A stretch of 64,000 nt of DNA from an uncultured Chloroflexia bacterium (GTDB taxonomy: Bacteria; Chloroflexota; Dehalococcoidia; UBA2979), in assembly GCA_963728205.1 (NCBI GenBank), contig CAVSIV010000006.1, positions 1,184,001-1,248,000 of the forward strand, given 5' to 3'. The stretch's first letter is position 1. Each line of letters opens with the position of its first letter. Of this stretch, positions 11,031 to 20,503 are shown piece by piece. The notes beneath the pieces were generated by a model. It did no database searches. It was not told where the DNA came from and saw only the letters and a list, made by a program, of their open reading frames with translations. The translations under genes were made by a program, and so were the position numbers.

Positions 11031-12446
11031 ATGGCATCCCTCTCGATCCGCGAGCGCGGTGCGCTGCTCGCCGGCCGCGCGGCCGGCGCGGCGACGCGCG
11101 CGTTCCACCGCGGCGGTGGGACGGCGCTGCCGGGGCTCGTCGCGGGCCGGCTGGCGCCGCACCTGGTGGAGGCGCTCGCCGACGGGCTCGGGCGCGGCAC
11201 GGTCACGGTCACAGGCACGAACGGCAAGACGACGACCGCGCACCTCCTGGGCGCGATCGCGCACGCCGGCGGGTGGGACGTCGTGGCGAATCGCTCGGGG
11301 TCGAACCTCGAGCGGGGCCTGCTCACGACCTTCGTCGACGCGACGGCGCGCGACCGTCCAGCCGTCGGCGACGACCTGCGGCTCGGGATCTTCGAGGTCG
11401 ACGAAGCAGCACTGCCGCGCCTCTTCCCGCGGCTGCGCCCGCGCGTTGCGGTGTTCCTCAACCTCTTCCGCGACCAGCTCGATCGCTATGGCGAGGTGGA
11501 CTCGGTCGCCGAGGGCTGGCGTGCGATGCTCGATGCGCCGTCGGGGGCGGGGAGCGCCGCGCCGGTGCTCGTGCTCAACGCCGACGACCCGTCGGTCGCC
11601 CTGCTGGCGGAGGGGGCGCGCGGGCCGGTGGTCACGTTCGGCGTCGACGATCCGCGGGTCGCGCTGCCGGGCCGCGAGCACGCGTCCGACGCGCGCTTCT
11701 GCCTCTGCGGTGCACGCTTCGCGTATACGGCAGTGCACATGGGGCACGTCGGCCACTGGCGGTGCCCGGCGTGCGGCCGTGCGCGCCCCGAGCCGGCCGT
11801 GCGCGCGCGTCGCGTCGAGCTGGCGGCGGAGCAGGCCACGGTCGAGCTCGACATCGCCGGCGAGGCCGCGACGCTCGTTCTGCCGCTCTCCGGCCTCTAC
11901 TCCGTCTACAACGCGCTGGCCGCCGCGGCCGCCGGGCACGCGCTCGGGCTCCCGGCCACGACGATCGTCGCCGCGCTCGCCGGAGCCGGCCCGGCGTTCG
12001 GCCGCCAGGAGCGATTCGACGTCGACGGACGCGCGGTCCGGGTCCTGCTCGCGAAGAACCCGACCGGGCTGAACGAGGTCATTCGCGCGCTGCGCGCCGG
12101 CGGCCCGCCGCTGCACCTGCTCGCGCTGCTCAACGACGGCATCCAGGACGGCCGCGACGTCTCGTGGATCTATGACGCCGACGTCGAGCGGCTGGCCGCG
12201 CTCGCGCCCGATCTCGTCTGCGGCGGCGATCGCGCGGCCGACCTCGCCCTGCGCTGCGCGCTCGCCGGCGTCGAGCCGCGCGCGGTGGAGACCGACGTGG
12301 AGCGCGCGCTCGATGTCGCGCTCGCGGGTACGCCGCGCGGCGCGCGGCTCGAGGTGGTGCCCACCTACACCGCGATGCTGCGCGTGCGCGAGGCGCTGGC
12401 GCGCCGCGCCGGCGTGCGACCCTACTGGGAGCAGGAGGCGCGATGA
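11031..12446 (+). CDS. murT: MurT-like Mur ligase (lipid II isoglutaminyl synthase subunit)
   Basis: GTALPG, VTGTNGKTTT, FEVDEA, LNLFRDQLDRYGEVD, Cys-containing Zn-finger region, LAKNPTG, DGRDVSWIYD, PTYTAML. Confidence 0.9.
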   Translation: MASLSIRERGALLAGRAAGAATRAFHRGGGTALPGLVAGRLAPHLVEALADGLGRGTVTVTGTNGKTTTAHLLGAIAHAGGWDVVANRSGSNLERGLLTTFVDATARDRPAVGDDLRLGIFEVDEAALPRLFPRLRPRVAVFLNLFRDQLDRYGEVDSVAEGWRAMLDAPSGAGSAAPVLVLNADDPSVALLAEGARGPVVTFGVDDPRVALPGREHASDARFCLCGARFAYTAVHMGHVGHWRCPACGRARPEPAVRARRVELAAEQATVELDIAGEAATLVLPLSGLYSVYNALAAAAAGHALGLPATTIVAALAGAGPAFGRQERFDVDGRAVRVLLAKNPTGLNEVIRALRAGGPPLHLLALLNDGIQDGRDVSWIYDADVERLAALAPDLVCGGDRAADLALRCALAGVEPRAVETDVERALDVALAGTPRGARLEVVPTYTAMLRVREALARRAGVRPYWEQEAR

Positions 12447-13228
12447 CAGCGCGACCGTCCATCCGTGTGGTTTCCCTCTACGACGACGTGATGAACGTCT
12501 ACGCCGATCGGGGCAACCTGATCGCGATAAACGCGCGCGGCCGCGAGCACGGCGTGGACGTGGAGGCTCTCGGCGTCAGCCTTGGCGATCCGTTGCCGGC
12601 GGACGCCGACCTCGTGCTGATCGGCGGCGGGCAGGATCGCGAGCAGGGTCGGATCGCCGACGAGCTTGCCGCGCGCGCCGAGCAGCTTCGCCGCTGGGCC
12701 GGTGAGGGCGTCGCGATGCTCGCCGTCTGCGGGGGCTTCCAGCTCTTCGGTCACTGGTATCGCGACACCGCGGGCGTGGTGCTGCCCGGCGCCGGCGTGT
12801 TCGACGTGACGACCGTCGCCCCCGGCCCCGGCTGGCCGCGCTGCATCGGCGACGTCGTTGCACGCGCGCTCGTGGACGGGGTGGGCGAGGTGGTCGGCTT
12901 CGAGAACCACGGCGGACGCACCTACCTCGGCCCGGGTGCGCGCCCGTTCGCGATGGTGGAGTACGGCTTCGGCAATAACGGCGAGGACGGCACCGAGGGG
13001 GCCGTGCGCGATCGCGCGATCGGCACCTACCTGCACGGTTCCCTGCTGCCGAAGAACCCGGCGCTGCTCGACCGACTGCTGGCGGGCGCGCTGAGCCACC
13101 GCTCGGGCCACGACGTCCAGCTCGCGGCGCTTCCCGCGCCCTACGCCGACCGCGCGCACGCAAGCGCGGCGGCGGTGGCCCGCCGCCGATCGCCGCGGTT
13201 CGAGCGCCTCACGCGCCCCGCAGTTTGA
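12443..13228 (+). CDS. gatD: GatD-like type 1 glutamine amidotransferase
   Basis: MNVYADRGN, GGGQDREQ, AVCGGFQL, GFENHGGRT, TYLHGSLLPKNP; translationally coupled to murT. Confidence 0.9.
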   Translation: MTARPSIRVVSLYDDVMNVYADRGNLIAINARGREHGVDVEALGVSLGDPLPADADLVLIGGGQDREQGRIADELAARAEQLRRWAGEGVAMLAVCGGFQLFGHWYRDTAGVVLPGAGVFDVTTVAPGPGWPRCIGDVVARALVDGVGEVVGFENHGGRTYLGPGARPFAMVEYGFGNNGEDGTEGAVRDRAIGTYLHGSLLPKNPALLDRLLAGALSHRSGHDVQLAALPAPYADRAHASAAAVARRRSPRFERLTRPAV

Positions 13229-13290
13229 CCGCGCTTCGCGGCGCCGAGATGCTCTCCGCGGTGAGGACATTCCCTCTGGCGAGGCGACGC

Positions 13291-14127
13291 ATGCATGCGA
13301 GGTGGCGGCCGACCGCGCGGTGGGCGCTCGTTCTCGTGATCGGCGCGCTCGTGATCGGCCTCACCGGCTGCTTCGGCGGCAATGCGCCGCCCGTCCGTGT
13401 GATCGCGAACGGCACCGTGGTGACGTTGACGCCCGTCGGCGGATCGCCAGCACCGACCGGCACGTCCGCACCCGCCGGCGTCGCGCCGATTCCTTTCGCG
13501 CCGACCGCGCCCCCGTCGACGCTCGACCCAGCGCACCTGTCCGGCTTCGTGTTTCCGATCGACGGCGCATGTCTGCCGTCGCGCGATGTCGTCATGCCGA
13601 ACGCCCCGCGTGCCTGGCGTCACGGCATCAACGAAGGCGTCGACTTCTACAACGGCGACGTCTGCACACCGATCGATCGCGGCACCGCGGTGCGCGCGAT
13701 GTTCGGCGGGGTGGTGACCCGCGCGGACCTCCAGTACCGGGACCTGACGGCCGCGCAGGTTCAGGCGCTCTCCGCGGCGACGGCGAACGAGACCACGACC
13801 GATGCGCAGGCGCTGAACGCATACGGCGGCCGACAGGTCTGGATCGATCACGGCAACGGCGTCGTGACGCGCTACGAGAACCTGTCCGCGATCACCCGTG
13901 GCATCGACGTCGGCGCGGAAGTGGCGGCCGGCCAGACCATCGGCGCCGTCGGCGAATCGGGCACGCCGGAGTCCGTGACGGCGCCGGGCACGCAGATCCA
14001 CCTGCACGTCGAGGTCTGGACCGGGGACCATTTCCTCGGCCAGGGGCAGCCCGCGGATGCGGTGCGTCAGCTCTACGAACGGCTCTTCAGCGGAGCAGCG
14101 CCGACCCCGGCGACGCCCGCGCACTGA
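13291..14127 (+). CDS. M23 family peptidase-like lipoprotein
   Basis: Lipobox LTGC; GRQVWIDHGNGVVTRY, GAVGESG, IHLHVEV. The first metal motif reads NEGVD instead of HxxxD. Start uncertain. Confidence 0.8.
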   Translation: MHARWRPTARWALVLVIGALVIGLTGCFGGNAPPVRVIANGTVVTLTPVGGSPAPTGTSAPAGVAPIPFAPTAPPSTLDPAHLSGFVFPIDGACLPSRDVVMPNAPRAWRHGINEGVDFYNGDVCTPIDRGTAVRAMFGGVVTRADLQYRDLTAAQVQALSAATANETTTDAQALNAYGGRQVWIDHGNGVVTRYENLSAITRGIDVGAEVAAGQTIGAVGESGTPESVTAPGTQIHLHVEVWTGDHFLGQGQPADAVRQLYERLFSGAAPTPATPAH

Positions 14128-14236
14128 CACCGCCGCGAACGTCACGGCGCCTGCGGCGGCGCGCTGTTGTGCCGCCGGCCCCCGGGGTAGCATGGGCCGT
14201 CCCGGCCCCCCGTTCCAGCGGCGCAAAGGCGCGCGG

Positions 14237-15097
14237 ATGCAGCCCCTGCTCACGATCGTGATCCCCTGGAACCCGAACATCACGCACATCGGCGGGTTCC
14301 TCCTCACCTGGCACGGCTTCTTCACCGCCGTGGGCATCCTCGTCGGCGTCCAGCTCGCCCTGCGCATGGCGAACGTCGTCGACTACGACCCCGACGAGGC
14401 GTACACGCTGGCGCTCGTCGGCGTGCCCAGCGGCATCATCGGCGCGCGGGCCATGTTTGTGATCGAGCACTGGGACTTTTACCGGGCGAACCTGGGCCAG
14501 GTCATCGCGCTCACCGAGGGCGGCATCTCGATCTGGGGCGCGATCCTGGGCGGTCTCGCCGGCGCGCTCCTGTTCGCGTCGTGGCGCGGCTACCCGATCC
14601 TGCGCGGGCTCGACATCGGCGCCTTCGGGCTGGTGCTCGGCCAGGCAATCGGCCGAATCGGCGACCTCATCAACGGCGAGCATCTCGGCCGCGCGGCGAA
14701 CTTGCCGTGGGCCGTTGTGTACACGAACCCGCAGTCGCCGGCGTTCGCACACTCGCTCACCGTGGGGCCACAGCACCCGGCGACGACCTACGAGCTCATT
14801 GGCGACCTCGTGATCCTGGGCGTGATGTTCTGGCTGTTCTTTCACGCGTTCCGGCGGCGGCCCGGCATGACGTTCTTCGTCTACTTCGTGGGCTACGCGG
14901 TGATGCGCTTCGTCCTCACGTTCTACCGGGTGGACTCGGCGACCGTCGCCGGCACGGCGCTGCGCGTACCGCAGGTCGTGTCGCTGGTCGCGGTCGTGAT
15001 TGCCGTCCCGGCCGTCTGGCTCACCTGGCGCCGGCCGCCCGAGCCCGCCGCCGCCGACCGCCTCCCCCTCGGGCGTGTGCAGGTCCGGTCGTCGTGA
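14237..15097 (+). CDS. lgt: Prolipoprotein diacylglyceryl transferase (copy 1)
   Basis: IIGARA, EGGISIWGA, GQAIGRIGDLINGE, LPWAV, HPATTYE, RFVLTFYR. Confidence 0.85.
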   Translation: MQPLLTIVIPWNPNITHIGGFLLTWHGFFTAVGILVGVQLALRMANVVDYDPDEAYTLALVGVPSGIIGARAMFVIEHWDFYRANLGQVIALTEGGISIWGAILGGLAGALLFASWRGYPILRGLDIGAFGLVLGQAIGRIGDLINGEHLGRAANLPWAVVYTNPQSPAFAHSLTVGPQHPATTYELIGDLVILGVMFWLFFHAFRRRPGMTFFVYFVGYAVMRFVLTFYRVDSATVAGTALRVPQVVSLVAVVIAVPAVWLTWRRPPEPAAADRLPLGRVQVRSS

Positions 15098-15357
15098 TGC
15101 CCGGCGCCTCGCGCGTCGTGCTCTACGGACGCCCGGCGTGCCACCTCTGCGACGACGTCGAGCCGGCGATCCGCGCGATGGCGCGCGACGCGGGAGCGCG
15201 CTTCGAGCGGGTCGACATCGACGAGGACGACGATTCCGTGCGCCGCTACGGCCTCGAGATCCCGGTCGTGGCGATCGACGACGTGGACGTCGCTCGCGCG
15301 CCGATCGACCTGCGCGACGTACGCGCGGCGCTCCGCGGCCCCGCCCGCGACGCCTGA
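15097..15357 (+). CDS. Glutaredoxin-like protein (DUF836)
   Basis: LYGRPACHLCDD...VDIDED...YGLEIPVV. Confidence 0.85.
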   Translation: MPGASRVVLYGRPACHLCDDVEPAIRAMARDAGARFERVDIDEDDDSVRRYGLEIPVVAIDDVDVARAPIDLRDVRAALRGPARDA

Positions 15358-15391
15358 CCGGGGGCGGGGCGCACGCGATCGTGTCCGCTGA

Positions 15392-15420
15392 TTGACAGCA
15401 ACCGGGGCCGAATCTAGGTT
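15392..15420 (+). promoter_or_regulatory. Sigma70-type promoter of the riboswitch-led operon
   Basis: TTGACA-N17-TAGGTT. Confidence 0.65.
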
Positions 15421-15451
15421 CTGATCGACGTCCTTCCTCCGCGGAGGGACG

Positions 15452-15569
15452 GTTCATCAAGAGCGGTGGAGGGCTCGGCCCTGGGAAACCGCGGCAACCG
15501 GTCACCTTTCGCCGGGGTGAACACGGTGCCAACTCCGACCCTTCCCACAGGGGGAAGGGGCAGATGAAC
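15452..15569 (+). ncRNA. SAM-I (S-box) riboswitch
   Basis: P1 GTTCATC/GATGAAC; ATCAAGAG, GGTGGAGGG..GGCCC..GAAACC, GGCAACC, GGTGCCAACTCC match the S-box core; located upstream of sulfur amino-acid genes. Confidence 0.93.
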
Positions 15570-15752
15570 GGAAGGCGCCACGCGCATGCATCGCACCCCT
15601 CCTCCGCTCACACCTCCTGCCACGCCGCGGCACGTGATGGCGATGCGCTAGCCCGAACACCGTCCTTCCCGCGAAGGACGCGTGTCTCGGGCGCCTCCCT
15701 CCGCTCCACCGCCCCGGGGGCCTCTGCCTCGGTCAGTCGAGGAATGACACCA

Positions 15753-17012
15753 ATGGCGTTCGATCGTGCCCTGCGCTGCAGGGAGTGCGGGCGTGAATAC
15801 CCGCTCAACCCCATCTTCTCGTGCGAGTTCTGCTTCGGCCCGCTCGAGGTCGCATACGACTACGACGGCATTCGCGAGTCGAGCACCCGCGACGCCATCG
15901 AGCGCGGCCCGAGCACGCTCTGGCGCTACGCCGACTTCCTCCCGTGCGACCCGAGCTACAAGATCGACATCGGGACCGGCTACACGCCGCTGCTCCGCGC
16001 CGACCGCCTCGCGAAGGCGATCGGGCTCGACACGCTGTGGCTGAAGAACGACACCGTGAACCCCTCGTGGTCGTTCAAGGACCGCGTCGTCAGTGTCGCG
16101 ATCGCGCGGGCGCGCCAGTTCGGCTTCGAGGCCATGGCGTGCGCCAGCACCGGCAATCTCGCGAACTCCGTCGCGGCCCACTCGGCCGCGGCCGGCATGG
16201 ACTGCTTCGTCTTCATCCCCAACGACCTGGAGCAGGGCAAGGTGGTCGGCAGCGCGATCTACCGGCCGACGCTGGTGATGGTCGAGGGCTCGTACGACGA
16301 CGTGAACCGGCTCTGCACCGAGCTGTCGATGCAGTACCCGTGGGCGTTCGTGAACATCAACGTGCGCCCCTACTACGCCGAGGGCTCCCGCACGCTGGGC
16401 TTCGAGGTCGCCGAGCAGCTCGGCTGGCGCACGCCGGATCACGTGGTCGCGCCGATGGCGTCGGGTTCGCTCTACACGAAGATCTGGAAGGGCTTCCAGG
16501 AGTTCCACAAGGTCGGGCTGATCGCCGAGCCGAAGACGCGCATGTCCGGTGCGCAGGCGACCGGCTGCTCGCCGATCGCGACCGCCTACGAGGGCGGCAC
16601 GCTGAACTTCGTCCCGCAGAAGCCGCACACGATCGCGCGCTCGCTGGCCATCGGGAACCCGGCCGACGGCTACTATGCCCTGAAGCAGATGCAGGAGACC
16701 GGCGGCGGTGCCGCGATGGCGACCGACGACGAGATCGTTGACGGCATCAAGCTGCTGGCGGAGACCGAGGGCGTCTTCGCCGAGACCGCGGGCGGCGTGA
16801 CGATCGCCTGCCTGAAGAAGCTCGTCGCGTCCGGCTTCATCCGGCGCGACGAGGAGACGGTCGCGTTCATCACGGGCGCCGGTCTGAAGACGATCGAGGC
16901 GGTGGTCGACCGCGTCGAGGAGCCGCTCCGGGTCCCGGCGAACACCGAGCGCTTCGCGGAGGCGCTCGCCGCCCGCCGCGGCGGCGCGCCCGTGGCCGCG
17001 ACGGCCGGATAG
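15753..17012 (+). CDS. Threonine-synthase-family PLP enzyme (ThrC-like; possibly O-phosphohomoserine sulfhydrylase)
   Basis: N-terminal CxxC..CxxC, GYTPL, NPSWSFKDR, CASTGNLA, NVRPYYAEG, GVFAETAGG, ITGAGLK. Confidence 0.85.
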   Translation: MAFDRALRCRECGREYPLNPIFSCEFCFGPLEVAYDYDGIRESSTRDAIERGPSTLWRYADFLPCDPSYKIDIGTGYTPLLRADRLAKAIGLDTLWLKNDTVNPSWSFKDRVVSVAIARARQFGFEAMACASTGNLANSVAAHSAAAGMDCFVFIPNDLEQGKVVGSAIYRPTLVMVEGSYDDVNRLCTELSMQYPWAFVNINVRPYYAEGSRTLGFEVAEQLGWRTPDHVVAPMASGSLYTKIWKGFQEFHKVGLIAEPKTRMSGAQATGCSPIATAYEGGTLNFVPQKPHTIARSLAIGNPADGYYALKQMQETGGGAAMATDDEIVDGIKLLAETEGVFAETAGGVTIACLKKLVASGFIRRDEETVAFITGAGLKTIEAVVDRVEEPLRVPANTERFAEALAARRGGAPVAATAG

Positions 17013-17022
17013 GAGGCGCGAG

Positions 17023-17268
17023 ATGGCAGCGAAGCACGTCCGGCTCACGTTCAGCCCGGAGCTGATCAAGGAGCCGCTGATCTACCAGGTGGGCCACCAG
17101 TTCGCGGTGGTGACGAACGTCCGCATGGCCGACGTCGACAAGGACGTCGGCTGGGTGGTGCTGGAGCTCGAGGGCGACGACGCCGAGATCGTGCGCGCGC
17201 TCGACTGGTTCCGCTCGAAGGGCGTGCGCATCGACGAGGCGACGCTCGGCGACGTGGTCGAGGGCTGA
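17023..17268 (+). CDS. Stand-alone NIL domain protein
   Basis: LTFSPELIKEPLIY...VTNVRMADV...GWVVLELEG...GVRI pattern; AGGAGG RBS. Confidence 0.85.
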   Translation: MAAKHVRLTFSPELIKEPLIYQVGHQFAVVTNVRMADVDKDVGWVVLELEGDDAEIVRALDWFRSKGVRIDEATLGDVVEG

Positions 17269-17317
17269 GCCGCGCGCGGCGCGAAGACGAAGCACGGAAC
17301 GGACAACGGAGCAGACG

Positions 17318-17593
17318 ATGGCCGTCAAGGTAAAGATCCCCACCCCGCTGCGGTCGCTGACCAACAACCAGGACCTGGTCTCGACCGAGGGCTCCACTGT
17401 GAGCGACGTCGTGCAGGCGCTCGAGGGAAGCTTCCCCGGCATGCGCGAGCGCATCCTCGACGACGGCGGGGAGATTCGCCGCTTCGTGAACGTCTACGTG
17501 AACGGCGAGGACGTGCGGTTCCTGCAGGGGCTGCAGACGTCGCTCAACGCCGGCGACGAGATCTCGATCGTCCCGGCGGTCGCGGGAGGCTAA
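17318..17593 (+). CDS. MoaD/ThiS family ubiquitin-like sulfur carrier, free C-terminal GG
   Basis: VKIPTPLR, RFVNVYVNGEDVRF, SIVPAVAGG-stop. Confidence 0.93.
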   Translation: MAVKVKIPTPLRSLTNNQDLVSTEGSTVSDVVQALEGSFPGMRERILDDGGEIRRFVNVYVNGEDVRFLQGLQTSLNAGDEISIVPAVAGG

Positions 17594-17652
17594 TCTCCGC
17601 GACCGGTGCAGCTCGAACGGCGACCCTCGCCACGAGCCCCGCGCGCCTTGCG

Positions 17653-17683
17653 TGTTACAATCTCGACTAGATTAGTCGTGAAT
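17653..17683 (+). promoter_or_regulatory. Extended -10 and palindromic operator (probable Rrf2 autoregulatory site)
   Basis: TG-T-TACAAT (17653-17661) followed by CGACTA-GAT-TAGTCG (17664-17678). Confidence 0.6.
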
Positions 17684-17697
17684 AGGAACCGCACGGG

Positions 17698-18138
17698 ATG
17701 CTGCTCAGCACCAAGGGCGACTACGGCGTTCGCGCGCTGATCGATCTCGCGAAGCACGCGGGCGAGGGCCCCGTGCAGCGGTCGGACATCGCCCGACGCC
17801 GCCAGCTCCCCGAGTCGTACCTCGATCACCTCCTCGCACAGTTGCGCCGCGACGGCTTCATCCGCAGCACCCGCGGTCCCGGCGGCGGCCACGAGCTCGC
17901 GCGCCCGGCCGAGGAGATCACGCTCCTCGAGGTGCTCGAGTGCCTCGAGGGCTCGCTCGCGCCGATGAGCTGCGTCGACGAGGCGAACCGCGGCGGCGAG
18001 TCGCTCTGCGGCCAGTCCTGGGTGTGGGAAGAGATCTACGACGAGATGCGTCGCCGGCTCGCCGCGATCACCCTCGCGGACCTCGTCGAGCATGAGCGGC
18101 AGCACGAGCGCGAAGCGGTCATCAACTACAGCATCTGA
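17698..18138 (+). CDS. Rrf2 family regulator, CymR-like
   Basis: STKGDYGVRAL, YLDHLL, STRGPGGG, ITLLEVL; C-terminus INYSI; adjacent to cysK. Confidence 0.9.
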   Translation: MLLSTKGDYGVRALIDLAKHAGEGPVQRSDIARRRQLPESYLDHLLAQLRRDGFIRSTRGPGGGHELARPAEEITLLEVLECLEGSLAPMSCVDEANRGGESLCGQSWVWEEIYDEMRRRLAAITLADLVEHERQHEREAVINYSI

Positions 18139-18190
18139 GCCGTCGCCGGCGCCCCGCGCCAGCCGACCGGAGAGCGAGACGCGTCCACCG

Positions 18191-19159
18191 ATGACGCCCG
18201 AAGCACAGGTCACCCCCGGGATCACCGGCTCCGCGGCCGCGGCCGCCGGGACCGTCATCGCGGACTCCGTGCTCGAGCTGATCGGGCACACGCCGCTCGT
18301 GCGGCTGCGCCGCGTCGTACCGGACGACGTCGCCGAGGTGCTCGGCAAGTACGAGATCTTCAATCCCGGTGGCTCGGTGAAGGACCGCATCGCGCTGGCG
18401 ATGGTCGAGGCGGCGGAGCGCACCGGCGCGCTCGCCCCCGGCGCCACGATCGTGGAGCCGACGTCCGGGAACACCGGCATCGGCCTCGCGATGGTGTGCG
18501 CGACCAAGGGCTACCACCTGGTGCTCACGATGCCCGAGGACATGAGCGTGGAGCGCCGCCGGCTGCTCGAGCGGCTCGGCGCGCAGCTCGTGCTGACGCC
18601 GGCCATCGAAGGCATGACCGGCGCGGTGCACCAGGCGATGGAGCTCGTGACGCAGCATGGCTACTTCATGCCGCAGCAGTTCGACAACCCGGCCAACCCG
18701 GGGATCCACCGCGCGACCACGGGGCCCGAGATCCTCGAGGCGACGGGCGGCGCGGTCGACGCGTTCGTCGCCGGGGTGGGCACGGGCGGCACGATCACCG
18801 GCGCGGGTGGCGCGCTACGCGCGGCGATCCCGGGCGTGCTGATCGTGGCGGTGGAGCCGGCGCGCGCGCCGGTGCTGCAGGGCGGCCGGGCCGGCCTGCA
18901 CGGCATCCAGGGGATCGGCGCGTCGTTCGTGCCGGGCGTCCTGGACCGCGAGATCTACGACGAGGTGATCGGTGTCCAGGACGAGGACGCGTACGCGATG
19001 ACGAAGCGGCTCGCCCGTGAAGAAGGCATGCTGGCCGGCGTCTCGTCCGGCGCCAACGTGTGGGCGTCCCTCCAGGTCGCCCGCCGGCTCGGCCCCGGCA
19101 AGCGGGTCGTGACCATGTTGCCCGATACCGGGGAGCGCTACCTGAGCGTGGCCCTGTAG
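18191..19159 (+). CDS. cysK: Cysteine synthase A
   Basis: NPGGSVKDR, EPTSGNTGIG, QQFDNPAN, GVGTGGT, HGIQGIG, PDTGERYLS. Confidence 0.93.
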   Translation: MTPEAQVTPGITGSAAAAAGTVIADSVLELIGHTPLVRLRRVVPDDVAEVLGKYEIFNPGGSVKDRIALAMVEAAERTGALAPGATIVEPTSGNTGIGLAMVCATKGYHLVLTMPEDMSVERRRLLERLGAQLVLTPAIEGMTGAVHQAMELVTQHGYFMPQQFDNPANPGIHRATTGPEILEATGGAVDAFVAGVGTGGTITGAGGALRAAIPGVLIVAVEPARAPVLQGGRAGLHGIQGIGASFVPGVLDREIYDEVIGVQDEDAYAMTKRLAREEGMLAGVSSGANVWASLQVARRLGPGKRVVTMLPDTGERYLSVAL

Positions 19160-19279
19160 GCCGCGCGGCCCGCCCCGCGCGCACGCGGGGTCGGCTGCGC
19201 GCAGACTGTACGTACAGATCGTAAGCGCGATCCGCGGGATGCTCGCGGGCCGCGAGGCAAGGAACGAGAGGATCGCCCC

Positions 19280-20428
19280 ATGCCGATCAGCGTCTACATC
19301 CCGTCGCCGTTCCGGCGGCTGACGGCCAACCGCGAGTACGTCTCGGTGGAGGGCCACAGCGTCGCAGAGGTGCTCGACGCGCTCGACACGCAGTACCCGG
19401 GCTTCGCGAACCTCGTCTACGACCGCGAACGCAAGGTGCCGTCGCACATCAACATCTACCTGAACAACCAGGAAATCCACGACCTGCAGGGCACCGACAC
19501 CTCCGTCGCCGACGGGGATCAGATCGCGGTGATCCCCGCCCTCGCCGGCGGCGCGGACGGCGGCGCCTCGGGTCCGACTGCGCCGGCGCCGGCGTCGACC
19601 GCGCTCACGCCGGAGGAGGTGATGCGCTACTCGCGGCACATCATCATGCCGCAGGTCGGCCCGCAGGGTCAGCGCAAGCTGCGCAACGCGAAGGTGCTCG
19701 TCATCGGCGCCGGCGGGCTCGGCGGCCCCGTCGCGCTCTACCTCGCGCTCGCGGGCGTCGGCACGATCGGCATCGTCGAGTTCGACGTCGTCGACCTCTC
19801 CAACCTGCAGCGGCAGATCCTCCACCAGACCGCCGACATCGGCCGCCCGAAGATCCAGTCGGCGAAGGACAAGCTGCAGGCCTACAACCCGCACGTGAAC
19901 GTGATCGAGCACACGATGCCGATCACCTCCGACAACGCGATGGACATCATCCCGAACTACGACATCGTGGTGAACGGCGCCGACAACTTCGCGACGCGCT
20001 ACCTCGTGAACGACGCCGCCTACCTCGCCGGCAAGACGCTCGTCGACGGCGCCATCCTGCTGTTCGACGGGCAGGCGACGGTCTACAAGCCGGGCCAGGG
20101 CTGCTACCGCTGCCTCTACCCGGATCCGCCCCCGCCGGGGCTGGTGCCCTCGTGCGCCGAGGCCGGCGTGCTCGGCGCGATCACCGGCATCGTCGGGTCG
20201 ATCCAGGCGACCGAGGTCTTCAAGCAGATCCTTGGCGTCGGCGAGCCGCTGGTGAATCGGCTCCTTCTGATCGACGCGCTCAGCATGGAGTTCCGCACCA
20301 TGAAGATCCGCCGCGATCCGAAGTGCCCGCTCTGCGGCGACGAGCCGACGGTGACGGAGCTCATCGACTACGACGCGTTCTGCGGCTCGCCTCCGCTAGA
20401 GGTGCCGGTCGCGGCCGCGGAGGCCTGA
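19280..20428 (+). CDS. moeB: Ubiquitin-like (MoaD/ThiS) domain fused to MoeB/ThiF adenylyltransferase
   Basis: N-terminal about 91 aa Ubl ending IPALAGG, Pro/Ala linker, then RYSRH, GAGGLG, SNLQRQ, CYRC, SCAEAGV, CPLC. No rhodanese tail. Confidence 0.92.
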   Translation: MPISVYIPSPFRRLTANREYVSVEGHSVAEVLDALDTQYPGFANLVYDRERKVPSHINIYLNNQEIHDLQGTDTSVADGDQIAVIPALAGGADGGASGPTAPAPASTALTPEEVMRYSRHIIMPQVGPQGQRKLRNAKVLVIGAGGLGGPVALYLALAGVGTIGIVEFDVVDLSNLQRQILHQTADIGRPKIQSAKDKLQAYNPHVNVIEHTMPITSDNAMDIIPNYDIVVNGADNFATRYLVNDAAYLAGKTLVDGAILLFDGQATVYKPGQGCYRCLYPDPPPPGLVPSCAEAGVLGAITGIVGSIQATEVFKQILGVGEPLVNRLLLIDALSMEFRTMKIRRDPKCPLCGDEPTVTELIDYDAFCGSPPLEVPVAAAEA

Positions 20429-20503
20429 TCGCGGAGCCGAAGGGGCGGGGAGCGGCGGGGACGTGCACGGCACACCCGACCGCGTGACGGGAGAGGACGC
20501 TCG

